A stretch of DNA of 64,000 bases from Deltaproteobacteria bacterium (GTDB lineage Bacteria > Bdellovibrionota_B > Oligoflexia > Oligoflexales > Bog-1112): NCBI GenBank assembly GCA_016186945.1, contig JACPKR010000004.1:4246-68245 (forward strand), given 5' to 3'. The notes below the pieces were generated by a model, which worked only from the letters and a program-made list of their open reading frames with translations, did no database searches and was not told the DNA's origin. Position 1 is the stretch's first letter; each line of letters starts with the position of its first letter. Positions 1 through 7,870 of this stretch are shown one piece after another. The position numbers were made by a program, and so were the translations under genes.

Positions 1-339
1 GGGCTTTTCGATAAAGGCGTCTGCGCCCGCGTCCAAAGCATCAAAAATTGTAATATCCGCAAAACCGCTCATAAATATAAAGGGAGGCTGCACACCAGAA
101 ATCTTCCTGAGTTCTACGAGAAACCTTCCGCCATCCCACTCCGGCATACGAACGTCAGAGACAATGAGGTCGACGTTTCTAAATTTCATGAAGCTTTCCA
201 AGCCCTCTTTGCCGTTAGAGGCCGCGACTGTCCGACAACCCCACATCTCACACTCGAAGGATACCGCATCTCGAAAGGTCTCGTTATCATCGGCGATGAT
301 GATAAGAACCTTTTTGTCTTTGCAAATATCTTTTTTCAT
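1..339 (-). CDS. Response regulator receiver (REC) domain protein; C-terminal part lies beyond the left window edge
   Basis: Hand translation of the minus strand from ATG 339-337 gives MKKDICKDKKVLIIIADDNETFRDAVSFECEMWGCRTVAASNGKEGLESFMKFRNVDLIVSDVRMPEWDGGRFLVELRKISGVQPPFIFMSGFADITIFDALDAGADAFIEKP, which has the DD...D...S...KP REC signature. A GGAGGTGA SD lies at 348-341. It is absent from the ORF track because no stop codon lies inside the window. Confidence 0.85.
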   Translation of the reverse strand, partial: MKKDICKDKKVLIIIADDNETFRDAVSFECEMWGCRTVAASNGKEGLESFMKFRNVDLIVSDVRMPEWDGGRFLVELRKISGVQPPFIFMSGFADITIFDALDAGADAFIEKP

Positions 340-377
340 CTCACCTCCTACGGTGCCGAGCCAGATTTGTTAGACGA

Positions 378-2207
378 TCAGTTCGCGTTCGGTTGTCGAC
401 TGCGTAGTTCTTTGGGAAGAATTACACCGAAGGCTGTATTTTTGTTCTGTTTATCCAGGTAAAGAGACCCGCCATGGGCTTCTACAATGCCCTTGGAGAT
501 ACTCAGACCGAGTCCTGTACCCTGTCCTACAGGTTTCGTTGTATAGAAAGGCTGGAATATTTTTTCTGCCACTTTTTCGGGAATGCCTTCCCCGCAATCC
601 ACAACCATCAGCCGAATATTTTCGCCCTGATCAAGGTACTGTAATTCTACCCACTTATCCTTACCTGGGGATTCTTTGACCGCAAAAAAGGCGTTGCTAA
701 GAAGGTTAAGCAGGACCTGACTGATTTGAGTGTGGTTACATTTAATTTCCACATCTTCCGGAACCATTGCTACCTTTAGATCGATGCCATTGTGGAAAAA
801 TTTCTCCGAGCATAATACTAATGTATCTTTAACGATTCTTGCAACGGATGTAGAGAGAAAAATATCGTCCTTTCCAGTCCGAGCAAAAGATTGCAGTCCG
901 GCGACAATATCTTTGATCCGAATTCCTGTTTTCTCAATTGCTTGCAGGAACTTCTGGGCTTGTTCTAAATCGGCATTTTCGAGTTGGAGAAGGCGTGCAA
1001 TCTGGTTGGCTCTCATCATGATGACGCCAAGTGGGTTGTTTATTTCATGTGCTACACCTCCAGCCATTTCACCTAACGCTGCCATTTTACTGCTCTGAAT
1101 AAGTTCGAATTGCGTTCTACGCAGTTCTGTCACAAGCCGTGAGTCCCTTTGATCCTTCAGGGAAAAAACGTATAGGCCTTGTATTTGCATGATACGACGA
1201 TTCAACAATACCGGAATTTTTTCCCCTGATTTATTTACGCAAATAGCTTCCATTTCATTGATCTCGTCTCCTTCCCATAAAATTGGGGCCCCGTCCTCTT
1301 GTGTTATCAATGTCGGGAATTTCATCTCAAGAAGCTCATTCGGTGTGAAGCCTGTAATGCCTACCGACCTTGCATTTGCAAATTCAACCCTTCCCTGTCC
1401 GTTGACAACAAGGATTGCTTCGGAAACTGAGGCGACGACATGGTCTGTATATTCCTTTGCTTTGCGAAGCTCTGACTTGTGGAATTCAATATTAGTCGCC
1501 ATTTGCTTCATACCGTGGAGAAGCGTGGAAAATTCAAAAATAGGTGAAGTTCCGATCTTGATGGCAGACTCACCTTTTCCGATCCGCTCGGAAATTTCAC
1601 CTAAATTGGCAAGCGATCGTGAAAAAACATTGCCCAGCCAGTAAAGGAATCCGAACGCTAAAATACCTGCAATTAGAAATATCAGGAGCAGGCTTTTCGT
1701 ACTGTCCTTGAGAGCCTTATTGAGTAGCTCAAGGCTTAGGTTTAGCTTTACATACCCTACTATTGATCCGTCGGGAAGATCCACCGGTGACAACATCTCC
1801 AGGCGATCCTGGCCTGTCAGTAGTGTTAAAGAACGAATCGATGACACGTCATCTGTATGAGAGGAGCTTTCCAAAATAGGGTAGGTAGTCTCACCATTCT
1901 GATTCAAACTAACCAGAACATCCCCTTCCTTACTCAGGACGGATGCGGATAGAACGTTCGGATTCAAATTAAGGTTTCCAACAGCAATCTTGATCGAATT
2001 AAGGTCGTCAAAAAAAAGGGAATCCCTAATTGTGGAAATGAAAGAACCAATCGTTTCAATTGCGGATTCTCTGAAGGATTCACGCAGCTTCTGGTTTTGT
2101 TGGTGGATGCTAAAGAAAAAAACGAAAGATAACAGGGACGCCATTGAAAGGAGTAATAACCAGGAAAGGACAAAATTAATTCTAGGTTTTATTTTTCCTA
2201 CGATCAT
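378..2207 (-). CDS. Membrane sensor histidine kinase (2 TM flanking an extracytoplasmic loop, PAS-like region, HisKA, HATPase_c)
   Basis: ORF 378..2237. The preferred start is the internal ATG at 2207, which forms an ATGA overlap with the stop of the upstream binding-protein gene. The translation shows H-box GGVAHEINNPLGV, N-box LLNLLSNAFFAV, G1 VVDCGEGIP and G2 GTGLGLSISKGIV. Confidence 0.9.
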   Translation of the reverse strand: MIVGKIKPRINFVLSWLLLLSMASLLSFVFFFSIHQQNQKLRESFRESAIETIGSFISTIRDSLFFDDLNSIKIAVGNLNLNPNVLSASVLSKEGDVLVSLNQNGETTYPILESSSHTDDVSSIRSLTLLTGQDRLEMLSPVDLPDGSIVGYVKLNLSLELLNKALKDSTKSLLLIFLIAGILAFGFLYWLGNVFSRSLANLGEISERIGKGESAIKIGTSPIFEFSTLLHGMKQMATNIEFHKSELRKAKEYTDHVVASVSEAILVVNGQGRVEFANARSVGITGFTPNELLEMKFPTLITQEDGAPILWEGDEINEMEAICVNKSGEKIPVLLNRRIMQIQGLYVFSLKDQRDSRLVTELRRTQFELIQSSKMAALGEMAGGVAHEINNPLGVIMMRANQIARLLQLENADLEQAQKFLQAIEKTGIRIKDIVAGLQSFARTGKDDIFLSTSVARIVKDTLVLCSEKFFHNGIDLKVAMVPEDVEIKCNHTQISQVLLNLLSNAFFAVKESPGKDKWVELQYLDQGENIRLMVVDCGEGIPEKVAEKIFQPFYTTKPVGQGTGLGLSISKGIVEAHGGSLYLDKQNKNTAFGVILPKELRSRQPNAN

Positions 2208-3127
2208 TTTTTTTCGGCCTCTTGCGACTTGTCCCAAATATTCACAGAAGGTATCTCAGCAAGAGACGTAACGATCTCATCGAGAGTTTCTATTTCCAGA
2301 GATGAAACTTCGTCAAACTTTGCCGTGTTACTTAATTGAATCAGGGCTTGCTGAGCATCTGGATCCTTATGCATCTCCAAGAGGATTTGTTTTAAAACAG
2401 GCTCATTTTCCCCGAATCCTTCGCGGACAAACGCAAGCTGCCTTGGGAGAGGAGGGCCTGAAAAGACGACACGAAGAGAGTCCTTTACATTTTTGGACAG
2501 GGACTCAAACGTCCAATTATCTATTGACCCCACGTCGACTTTATTCTTCAACACCCAAAACACAGTATTTGCATCTTTACCAGAAAAACCGTATCGAACA
2601 GCGTTTACATCATCATATTTTTCCGTCGACGAGACCAAAGTAAGGCCGTTTTTAAGCAGCATGTAGTAGGGAGCCAGAAAACCGCTCGATGAAAATCTCA
2701 GTTCAAACGCAAGCGTTTTCCCTCGGAGATCCGCAAGTTTGTAAATCGAGCTGTCACTCCTTGCGAAAACAAGCGTCTGATACTGTGACTTTCCCTTTTT
2801 CCAGCTCCGCAGAAGAGGGTGACAACCAGCACGATAGCATATAAAGGAACCGATCAACGGACTGTCTATAAAGATATCCGCCTCATTTTCGGACAGTAGT
2901 CTGGCCATTGCTTCATGGTTTTTGACGATCCGCAGTCTTGCTTCCTTAACTCCAAGGGCGGCCATTTTTTTTGCAACATAATCCGCAAACGGACGCAACT
3001 GTGTCATCTCTCTCGTCGGTTCAAGGGAGATGGAAGCAAAGGTTAGAAAGTCCTTGGATATAGAAACCGCGGGAACGCTGAAAAGCAGAAAAACCAGGAC
3101 AAATTTTTCGATAAACTCGAGCTGCAT
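2204..3127 (-). CDS. Periplasmic PhnD-type (phosphonate/phosphate ABC-like) substrate-binding protein without adjacent transporter genes
   Basis: A 307-aa ORF with a hydrophobic N-terminal signal (FVLVFLLFSVPAVS). It shows a family-typical pattern: QYQTLVFARSDSSIYKLADLRGKTLAFELRFSSSGFLAPYYMLLKNGL ... NKVDVGSIDN. The assignment comes from a remembered family pattern, not a search. Confidence 0.65.
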   Translation of the reverse strand: MQLEFIEKFVLVFLLFSVPAVSISKDFLTFASISLEPTREMTQLRPFADYVAKKMAALGVKEARLRIVKNHEAMARLLSENEADIFIDSPLIGSFICYRAGCHPLLRSWKKGKSQYQTLVFARSDSSIYKLADLRGKTLAFELRFSSSGFLAPYYMLLKNGLTLVSSTEKYDDVNAVRYGFSGKDANTVFWVLKNKVDVGSIDNWTFESLSKNVKDSLRVVFSGPPLPRQLAFVREGFGENEPVLKQILLEMHKDPDAQQALIQLSNTAKFDEVSSLEIETLDEIVTSLAEIPSVNIWDKSQEAEKK

Positions 3128-3135
3128 CTCTTATC

Positions 3136-4271
3136 TCAAATCTCCATCTTCAGTCGAACAAGAAACTGATCATCCCTGACGCTGAGAGCCGAGCCAGTTT
3201 CTTCTTCAAGGAGACAGTACTCAATATTCAAAGCCAGGTGGCGATCCAAGCCGAGTATGATTGCAAGCGTTTTCATGGCCCGATCCCAGGTTAGAGGATT
3301 GGCCAACTGGGGAGACACACCCCCGATCTTTAATGTATCGGACCGGAAGAGGGGTTCTATTGAGTGAATCAGGTAAGTTCCTGGTAATTCTAGGAGATAC
3401 GAAGCCTCCCAGTAGTAACCATGACGTGGCAGAAGGCCATCCTGTGATTTAATGATTTCACCCCGGAGATGCCATGATGCGAGATCGAAGTCCAGGCGGG
3501 AGCCTATCCAAAAATGGGTTCGGTCTGTCTTATCTCCCAGGTCATCGTAGTGTTGAATACTTTGGGATAGCTGATTTTTCCAGTCAAAGTCGTCGATGAG
3601 GGTTCCACGAAATCCCCACGCTGCGAGCTTGAGAGGCCGATATTGGACGCTGAGGCCGGCTCCTCCTTCGAATGTCTGGCCATCTTTAGGGGGGCCATCA
3701 TCGTAAACCAGCATCTTGAATGATGGATCCTTTGCAGCTTCCCGTGTCCCTAAGTGACGCTGTTGAGCGAGGCTTGCGTTGAAAGTTAAGTTTAGTGAAT
3801 TCAATTCAAACTGAGTTTCAGAAACCAGATGATACTGTCTGTTTCGCCAATAGGCTGTACCGATCAAAGGATACACTTCGGTTCGTCTGTCAGTCTTAAT
3901 GAAAGGTCGGTTTTTCCCCAGTTCGAATTTCGTGTTGAGGGAGGGAAGTCTAAACGTAAAATAGTGGCGATCGATATGGGCTGAGGAGTCCGTGAACTTT
4001 GCTTCCACAGCGTAATCGAGTGCCGGACGAATCGGAAACTGTAGAGAGAAAGCAGCCTTGTCCAAACCTACCTGAGGACTTCTGGTCGCAACTTTGTTGA
4101 CTCCGCTATCCTGATGGGAAAAACCGCCTTCTCCTTCGACATCGACGTATTGAAGTTCCACGACTGTTTTGAGAGTCACCGGAAGCTCAGAGATGAGTTC
4201 AGCCGATGCGGAATCTAAGGGGGAAAAAAAGAGGAAAAAAAAAGGTAACGATTGGGCGAAAAATGTCTCAT
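3136..4271 (-). CDS. Putative outer-membrane beta-barrel (porin-like) protein; 5' end is out of frame at a T9/T7 homopolymer pair
   Basis: The ORF track gives 3136..4179 (GTG start, no SD, no signal peptide). An ATG at 4271-4269 with GGAGG 7 nt upstream opens MRHFSPNRYLFFSSFFPP and stops at 4217-4215. The 3136..4179 frame stays open back through the tract and reads ..LPFFFLFFSPLDSASAELISELP-VTLK. One extra T would fuse the two into a protein with a classical signal peptide. The beta-barrel call rests only on a strand-like aromatic/polar alternation. Confidence 0.5.
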
Positions 4272-4274
4272 CGT

Positions 4275-5591
4275 TTAACCTCCACTCGCCAGCACATCAT
4301 TGGTCCACGAGGACTTCAACATGGTAACGGATCCTTCGCGTTCATTGGCCGTAAAGACTATGCCGTTATTGGTATGAACCGCAAGCCCTTCAGTTCCGAC
4401 AAGGCTTGATTTTGTCCCGCCTGCACTTTGATCCTCTGTCCATTTGTTGCCGACTTTGGCAACGGAATCAAACGTGGGAGTTTTGGGGTCCGTGATGTCA
4501 TAAACAATAACCGCGTGAGACTCCTGTAGGGCCAGTAAGCCGTAAAGATGCCCTGACTTTTCAACGATTCCGCATTCTTCCGGCTCAATATTCTTCGTCG
4601 ATTTTCTTTTATCTCGATTGTAGTCCGAAGGCAGGGCATCGGTGATGCGGGTTGTTGATAGAAATGTGTTGTCAGCAAAATTGAACATAGAGAATGAATC
4701 ATTTTTTTCGTTTGAAATGAGGGCGTATTTTCCATCTTTGTCGATGCAGACTCCATCGGGTTCGGCAGCCAGGCCAGCAGCTTTTTCCCCGGAAGGGTCA
4801 GTGACCGTTGGCATGTCGATGACTGTTAAAGTAGCAGACGGTACCAGTGATAACTTGAAGATTCCGATTTCGCTTGTCTCCTGTATGGTTACAATAACGG
4901 TATCATTGTCGGAAGAGATAGCAACACCTTCGGGTTCAGAGTCTTCACTATGGCTTACTTCGATTTCTTGTTTGAGTTCCCACGAGTTTGGATCCGTGGC
5001 GCTGCTATCTATGACGGAAACGCTACCGCCATGACGGGAATCTGGTTTGCACGCTCGGTCCTCCCTATCATCCTCGTTCACAACGACTAACCATTTCCCA
5101 TCAGACGAGAATTGAGCTGAGTCAGGATTAAAACCAACATCCATTTTTCTGGTAAGCGAAAGATCCTCACTTTTGACAATGAGGATGCTACCTTTATTAC
5201 AAACACTGTTATCCGAATCATACCCTTCGATATCGATCAATGTCGCTACAATCCATTTCCCATCGGGAGAAACCGTGATGGCTGACATCCCGGATTGTGA
5301 GTCCTGCTCGTAGAATTGTGGGGAGCCCAAAGTGAAGCCATCTGCCGTGTAAGTTAGCTGGGTTAGTGACTTCTGCACGGCTGATACATAGACAGCTTTG
5401 TTATTGGTCCCGGGAATCATGCGAATAATCTCAGGGTTGGCGTCTGCAGGGGTTGCAAGCGTCTGTACTGTAGAAATCGAGAACGAGCTGTAGGTCGTTG
5501 CGGAATCACCAGAATCATCATTCTTTCCGCATCCTACCAAACCAATGACGAACACCGAGTAGAAGATTTTTCTTTTCACAGGGGCCCTCAC
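4275..5591 (-). CDS. Lipoprotein with beta-propeller-like repeats
   Basis: A 438-aa ORF with a GTG start and a lipobox (MRAPVKRKIFYSVFVIGLVG-C). Blade-like motifs recur: SPDGKWIVATL, SSDGKWLVVVNED, ISSDNDTVIVT, IDKDGKYALISNE, VHTNNGIVFTANE. Confidence 0.55.
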   Translation of the reverse strand: MRAPVKRKIFYSVFVIGLVGCGKNDDSGDSATTYSSFSISTVQTLATPADANPEIIRMIPGTNNKAVYVSAVQKSLTQLTYTADGFTLGSPQFYEQDSQSGMSAITVSPDGKWIVATLIDIEGYDSDNSVCNKGSILIVKSEDLSLTRKMDVGFNPDSAQFSSDGKWLVVVNEDDREDRACKPDSRHGGSVSVIDSSATDPNSWELKQEIEVSHSEDSEPEGVAISSDNDTVIVTIQETSEIGIFKLSLVPSATLTVIDMPTVTDPSGEKAAGLAAEPDGVCIDKDGKYALISNEKNDSFSMFNFADNTFLSTTRITDALPSDYNRDKRKSTKNIEPEECGIVEKSGHLYGLLALQESHAVIVYDITDPKTPTFDSVAKVGNKWTEDQSAGGTKSSLVGTEGLAVHTNNGIVFTANEREGSVTMLKSSWTNDVLASGG

Positions 5592-5678
5592 GAACGATTA
5601 TTTATACTTAGTGCTCGGCATAGTTTCGCATTTCTATAGCCCCTTTTGCAAAAGTTGCCGTATGCTGCTTTTTTTTGG

Positions 5679-5725
5679 AGTGCGACGCATTCCTCGCCCC
5701 CCCAGACCCCCCTCTCCCTATTTTG
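5679..5725 (-). repeat. Family A repeat fragment (module M1 only), overlapping the tadA stop codon
   Basis: ggagtgcgacgcattcctcgcccccccagacccccctctccctatttt aligns with the reverse complement of the M1 module at 52022-52070 (ggaggcgacgcttcactcgccccccaaacccccctctccctattt). The tadA TAG (5718-5720 complement) lies inside it. Confidence 0.75.
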
Positions 5726-6179
5726 AGACACGTTTCTTATGAAAAAATGTGCTCAGCATATTTCCGCATTCTTGGGAGAGGACGCCCCCTACTACTTCTA
5801 ATCGGTGGTTCAAACGTTTATCCTCATGCAATTTGTAGAGGCTGCCGAGGGCGCCGGCTTTTGGGTCATAAGCGCCGAAGTACACTGTGCGGATGCGAGC
5901 TTGGACGAGGGCACCAGCACACATGATGCAGGGTTCAAGGGTTACGTATATGTCGCAATCCGGTAGGCGCCAGTTTTTCAATTGTTTGCAGGCATCTTCC
6001 AGCGCGATGATTTCCGCATGGCGGGTGATACAACGCAGTGATTCACGAACGTTGAAGCCCGTTCCGATCACGCGATCGTTCTGAACGATCACGGCTCCTA
6101 TGGGAACTTCGTCGATTTGCTCAGCCTGACGGGCCAGTGCGATCGCCTGTTCCATGTATTGTTCCGGAGAACTGCTCAC
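5718..6179 (-). CDS. tadA: tRNA adenosine(34) deaminase
   Basis: A 153-aa ORF with the CDA zinc motifs HAEIIAL and PCIMCAGAL and an overall TadA-like layout. Confidence 0.9.
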   Translation of the reverse strand: MSSSPEQYMEQAIALARQAEQIDEVPIGAVIVQNDRVIGTGFNVRESLRCITRHAEIIALEDACKQLKNWRLPDCDIYVTLEPCIMCAGALVQARIRTVYFGAYDPKAGALGSLYKLHEDKRLNHRLEVVGGVLSQECGNMLSTFFHKKRVSK

Positions 6180-6182
6180 GTG

Positions 6183-7082
6183 TTATCTCATATGTTTGCG
6201 AATATTCCCCAGCCTTCTAAGGCCGAGGTGCTTCATGACATCATCCGGTGTTTTACCTTGACTCAGCAGATAGCTTACCGAGTGGTGCCGGAGTTTTTCC
6301 GAATTGAGCTTGCGAAGCTTACAAGCGCTCCCCAATTCGTACAGCATGAATTTCAACCCATGTCGGCTTACTTTGGGCTGAGGGGTGAGAGAGTCCTTTC
6401 CACTGAAACCGACGAGAAGTTTTGCATCCGCTAGCTTAGGGTTGTTTTCTTGGACGAGTCGCTGCTTGTATTTCAAAAGAAGCTCTTTAGTGATGGGGGC
6501 AAGGATAAGCACGCGGGCACGTTCTCCCCGGATGAGGAGGGTCCCTTGTCCTTTTTGGCAAAGGAAGTCACTCCATTCCAGGTCGATCAACTCGCTGACT
6601 TTGACACCTTCGAAACCCAAGAGGCAGAGGATGACCTGGTCTCTCTCAGCTTTGATGGGGATTGCATGTTTTGCAAGTTCAATCAGCCGCTCAAGGTCCT
6701 TGATCTGCATCCGGGGGGCATGGTTTTCAAAGCGAGTCGGGATGGGGTATTCATCAAAGGGGGAAGAGCTTGTTTCCTTCGAGAGAAAGCGGAAAAACTG
6801 GCGTATGGCTATGACCGAACGCCGGATGGAATTCTGCTTTCCGTGGCGATTGGTTCGCTTGACTTCTTCCTGGTAGTAATGGAGGAGTTTTTCGTCGACA
6901 TGGTTTAACGGAAGACCGATGACTAGAAGATGTTCCAGGAAAAACAAGACGTCTCGGCAGTATGATTGGATCGTTGCTTCTTTTTTTCCTCTTTCTTTCA
7001 GGTGGGTTCCAAACGTGTTTACAAGACCAATGTAGTCCAAGCTGGCCGTTCTACTCATTCCACTCATCAGGGATCTCCCCAT
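6183..7082 (-). CDS. XerC/XerD-like tyrosine-recombinase family protein with degenerate catalytic residues (no C-terminal Tyr)
   Basis: A 299-aa ORF with an N-terminal SAM-like core-binding region and a C-terminal domain (AERDQVILCLLGFEGVKVSEL, EKLRHHSVSYLLSQG, HLGLRRLGNIRKHMR-stop). Relative to XerD, the LGH His is Leu and the IY nucleophile position reads IR. The stop lies 3 nt before the tadA start. Confidence 0.7.
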   Translation of the reverse strand: MGRSLMSGMSRTASLDYIGLVNTFGTHLKERGKKEATIQSYCRDVLFFLEHLLVIGLPLNHVDEKLLHYYQEEVKRTNRHGKQNSIRRSVIAIRQFFRFLSKETSSSPFDEYPIPTRFENHAPRMQIKDLERLIELAKHAIPIKAERDQVILCLLGFEGVKVSELIDLEWSDFLCQKGQGTLLIRGERARVLILAPITKELLLKYKQRLVQENNPKLADAKLLVGFSGKDSLTPQPKVSRHGLKFMLYELGSACKLRKLNSEKLRHHSVSYLLSQGKTPDDVMKHLGLRRLGNIRKHMR

Positions 7083-7162
7083 TTGCCTTAAGTCTTATTT
7101 TAGACTTTAATTGAAGGTAGAGAAAGCAAAGGAAAGAATTTGATGTAAGGTGTAGGGAGGGG

Positions 7163-7870
7163 ATGATGTCTGGATCAAGTAAACTTGGGGTCTTGTTCCC
7201 GTTTGTTGTTATTAGCGGAGCGTGGACTGTCCCACCTTACTACCAATCCTTTGAGAAAGCGTCGAAGCATGAGGCTCAGTTAGATTCTGTCATTATTGAA
7301 GTCAACGGCGAGCCGAGGAGTGTGAAGAATGGAGAGGAATTGTCGTTCGTTCGAGGAGACGAGCTTCTTGTCAAAAAAGTTTTGCTAAATTCCCCGGAAG
7401 CGAAACCTTCCATCACCAATGTTGTCGGTTTTGTAAATGAAGGGTCCGGGTCTAACGATCTTGGTTACAAGATCGACACTTCAACGGAACTGACAAAAAA
7501 GACCTGGGCGCTGAATCCCGAAGGAACGGTCTACACCGTCGTCGCCTATAGTCAGAGGATCCTCCACGGGGCGGTGTTCCTTAACCGGGTTGAGCCGCGC
7601 TTGGAGTATATAGATGTCGACATTAATGGAAAAACAAGGGTCATGCGCGAGGGTGAAAAACTACTTGTGAAAAAAAGCGACAGTTTTAAAGTCGAGCGAG
7701 TGGTTACGAATCTACGGGATAACGAGACTATAACCTTTGCTATAGTCCCTGTTATAAGAGGCGAGCAAGAAGCTGAAGTACCTGCAGAAAAAGGCGCCAA
7801 GGAGTACCGGATCGTTTTCCGCCACAAAGAGTATACCTTTGCCAAGATTCCCATGATTGTTGAAAATTGA
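7163..7870 (+). CDS. Secreted hypothetical protein with an internal domain duplication
   Basis: A GGGAGGGG SD precedes ATG 7163, and the N-terminus has a signal-like sequence (LGVLFPFVVISGAWT). Two related segments occur: VIIEVNGEPRSVKNGEELSFVRGDELLVKKVLLN and IDVDINGKTRVMREGEKLLVKKSDSFKVERVVTN. The stop TGA 7868-7870 overlaps ATG 7870 of the next gene. Confidence 0.6.
   Translation: MMSGSSKLGVLFPFVVISGAWTVPPYYQSFEKASKHEAQLDSVIIEVNGEPRSVKNGEELSFVRGDELLVKKVLLNSPEAKPSITNVVGFVNEGSGSNDLGYKIDTSTELTKKTWALNPEGTVYTVVAYSQRILHGAVFLNRVEPRLEYIDVDINGKTRVMREGEKLLVKKSDSFKVERVVTNLRDNETITFAIVPVIRGEQEAEVPAEKGAKEYRIVFRHKEYTFAKIPMIVEN

Noticed and set aside
5592-7162. Whether the integrase-family gene next to tadA marks a prophage or genomic island
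   Set aside because: There are no phage, conjugation or cargo genes, no flanking direct repeats and no adjacent tRNA. The gene is embedded between housekeeping and sensory genes and looks catalytically inactive.
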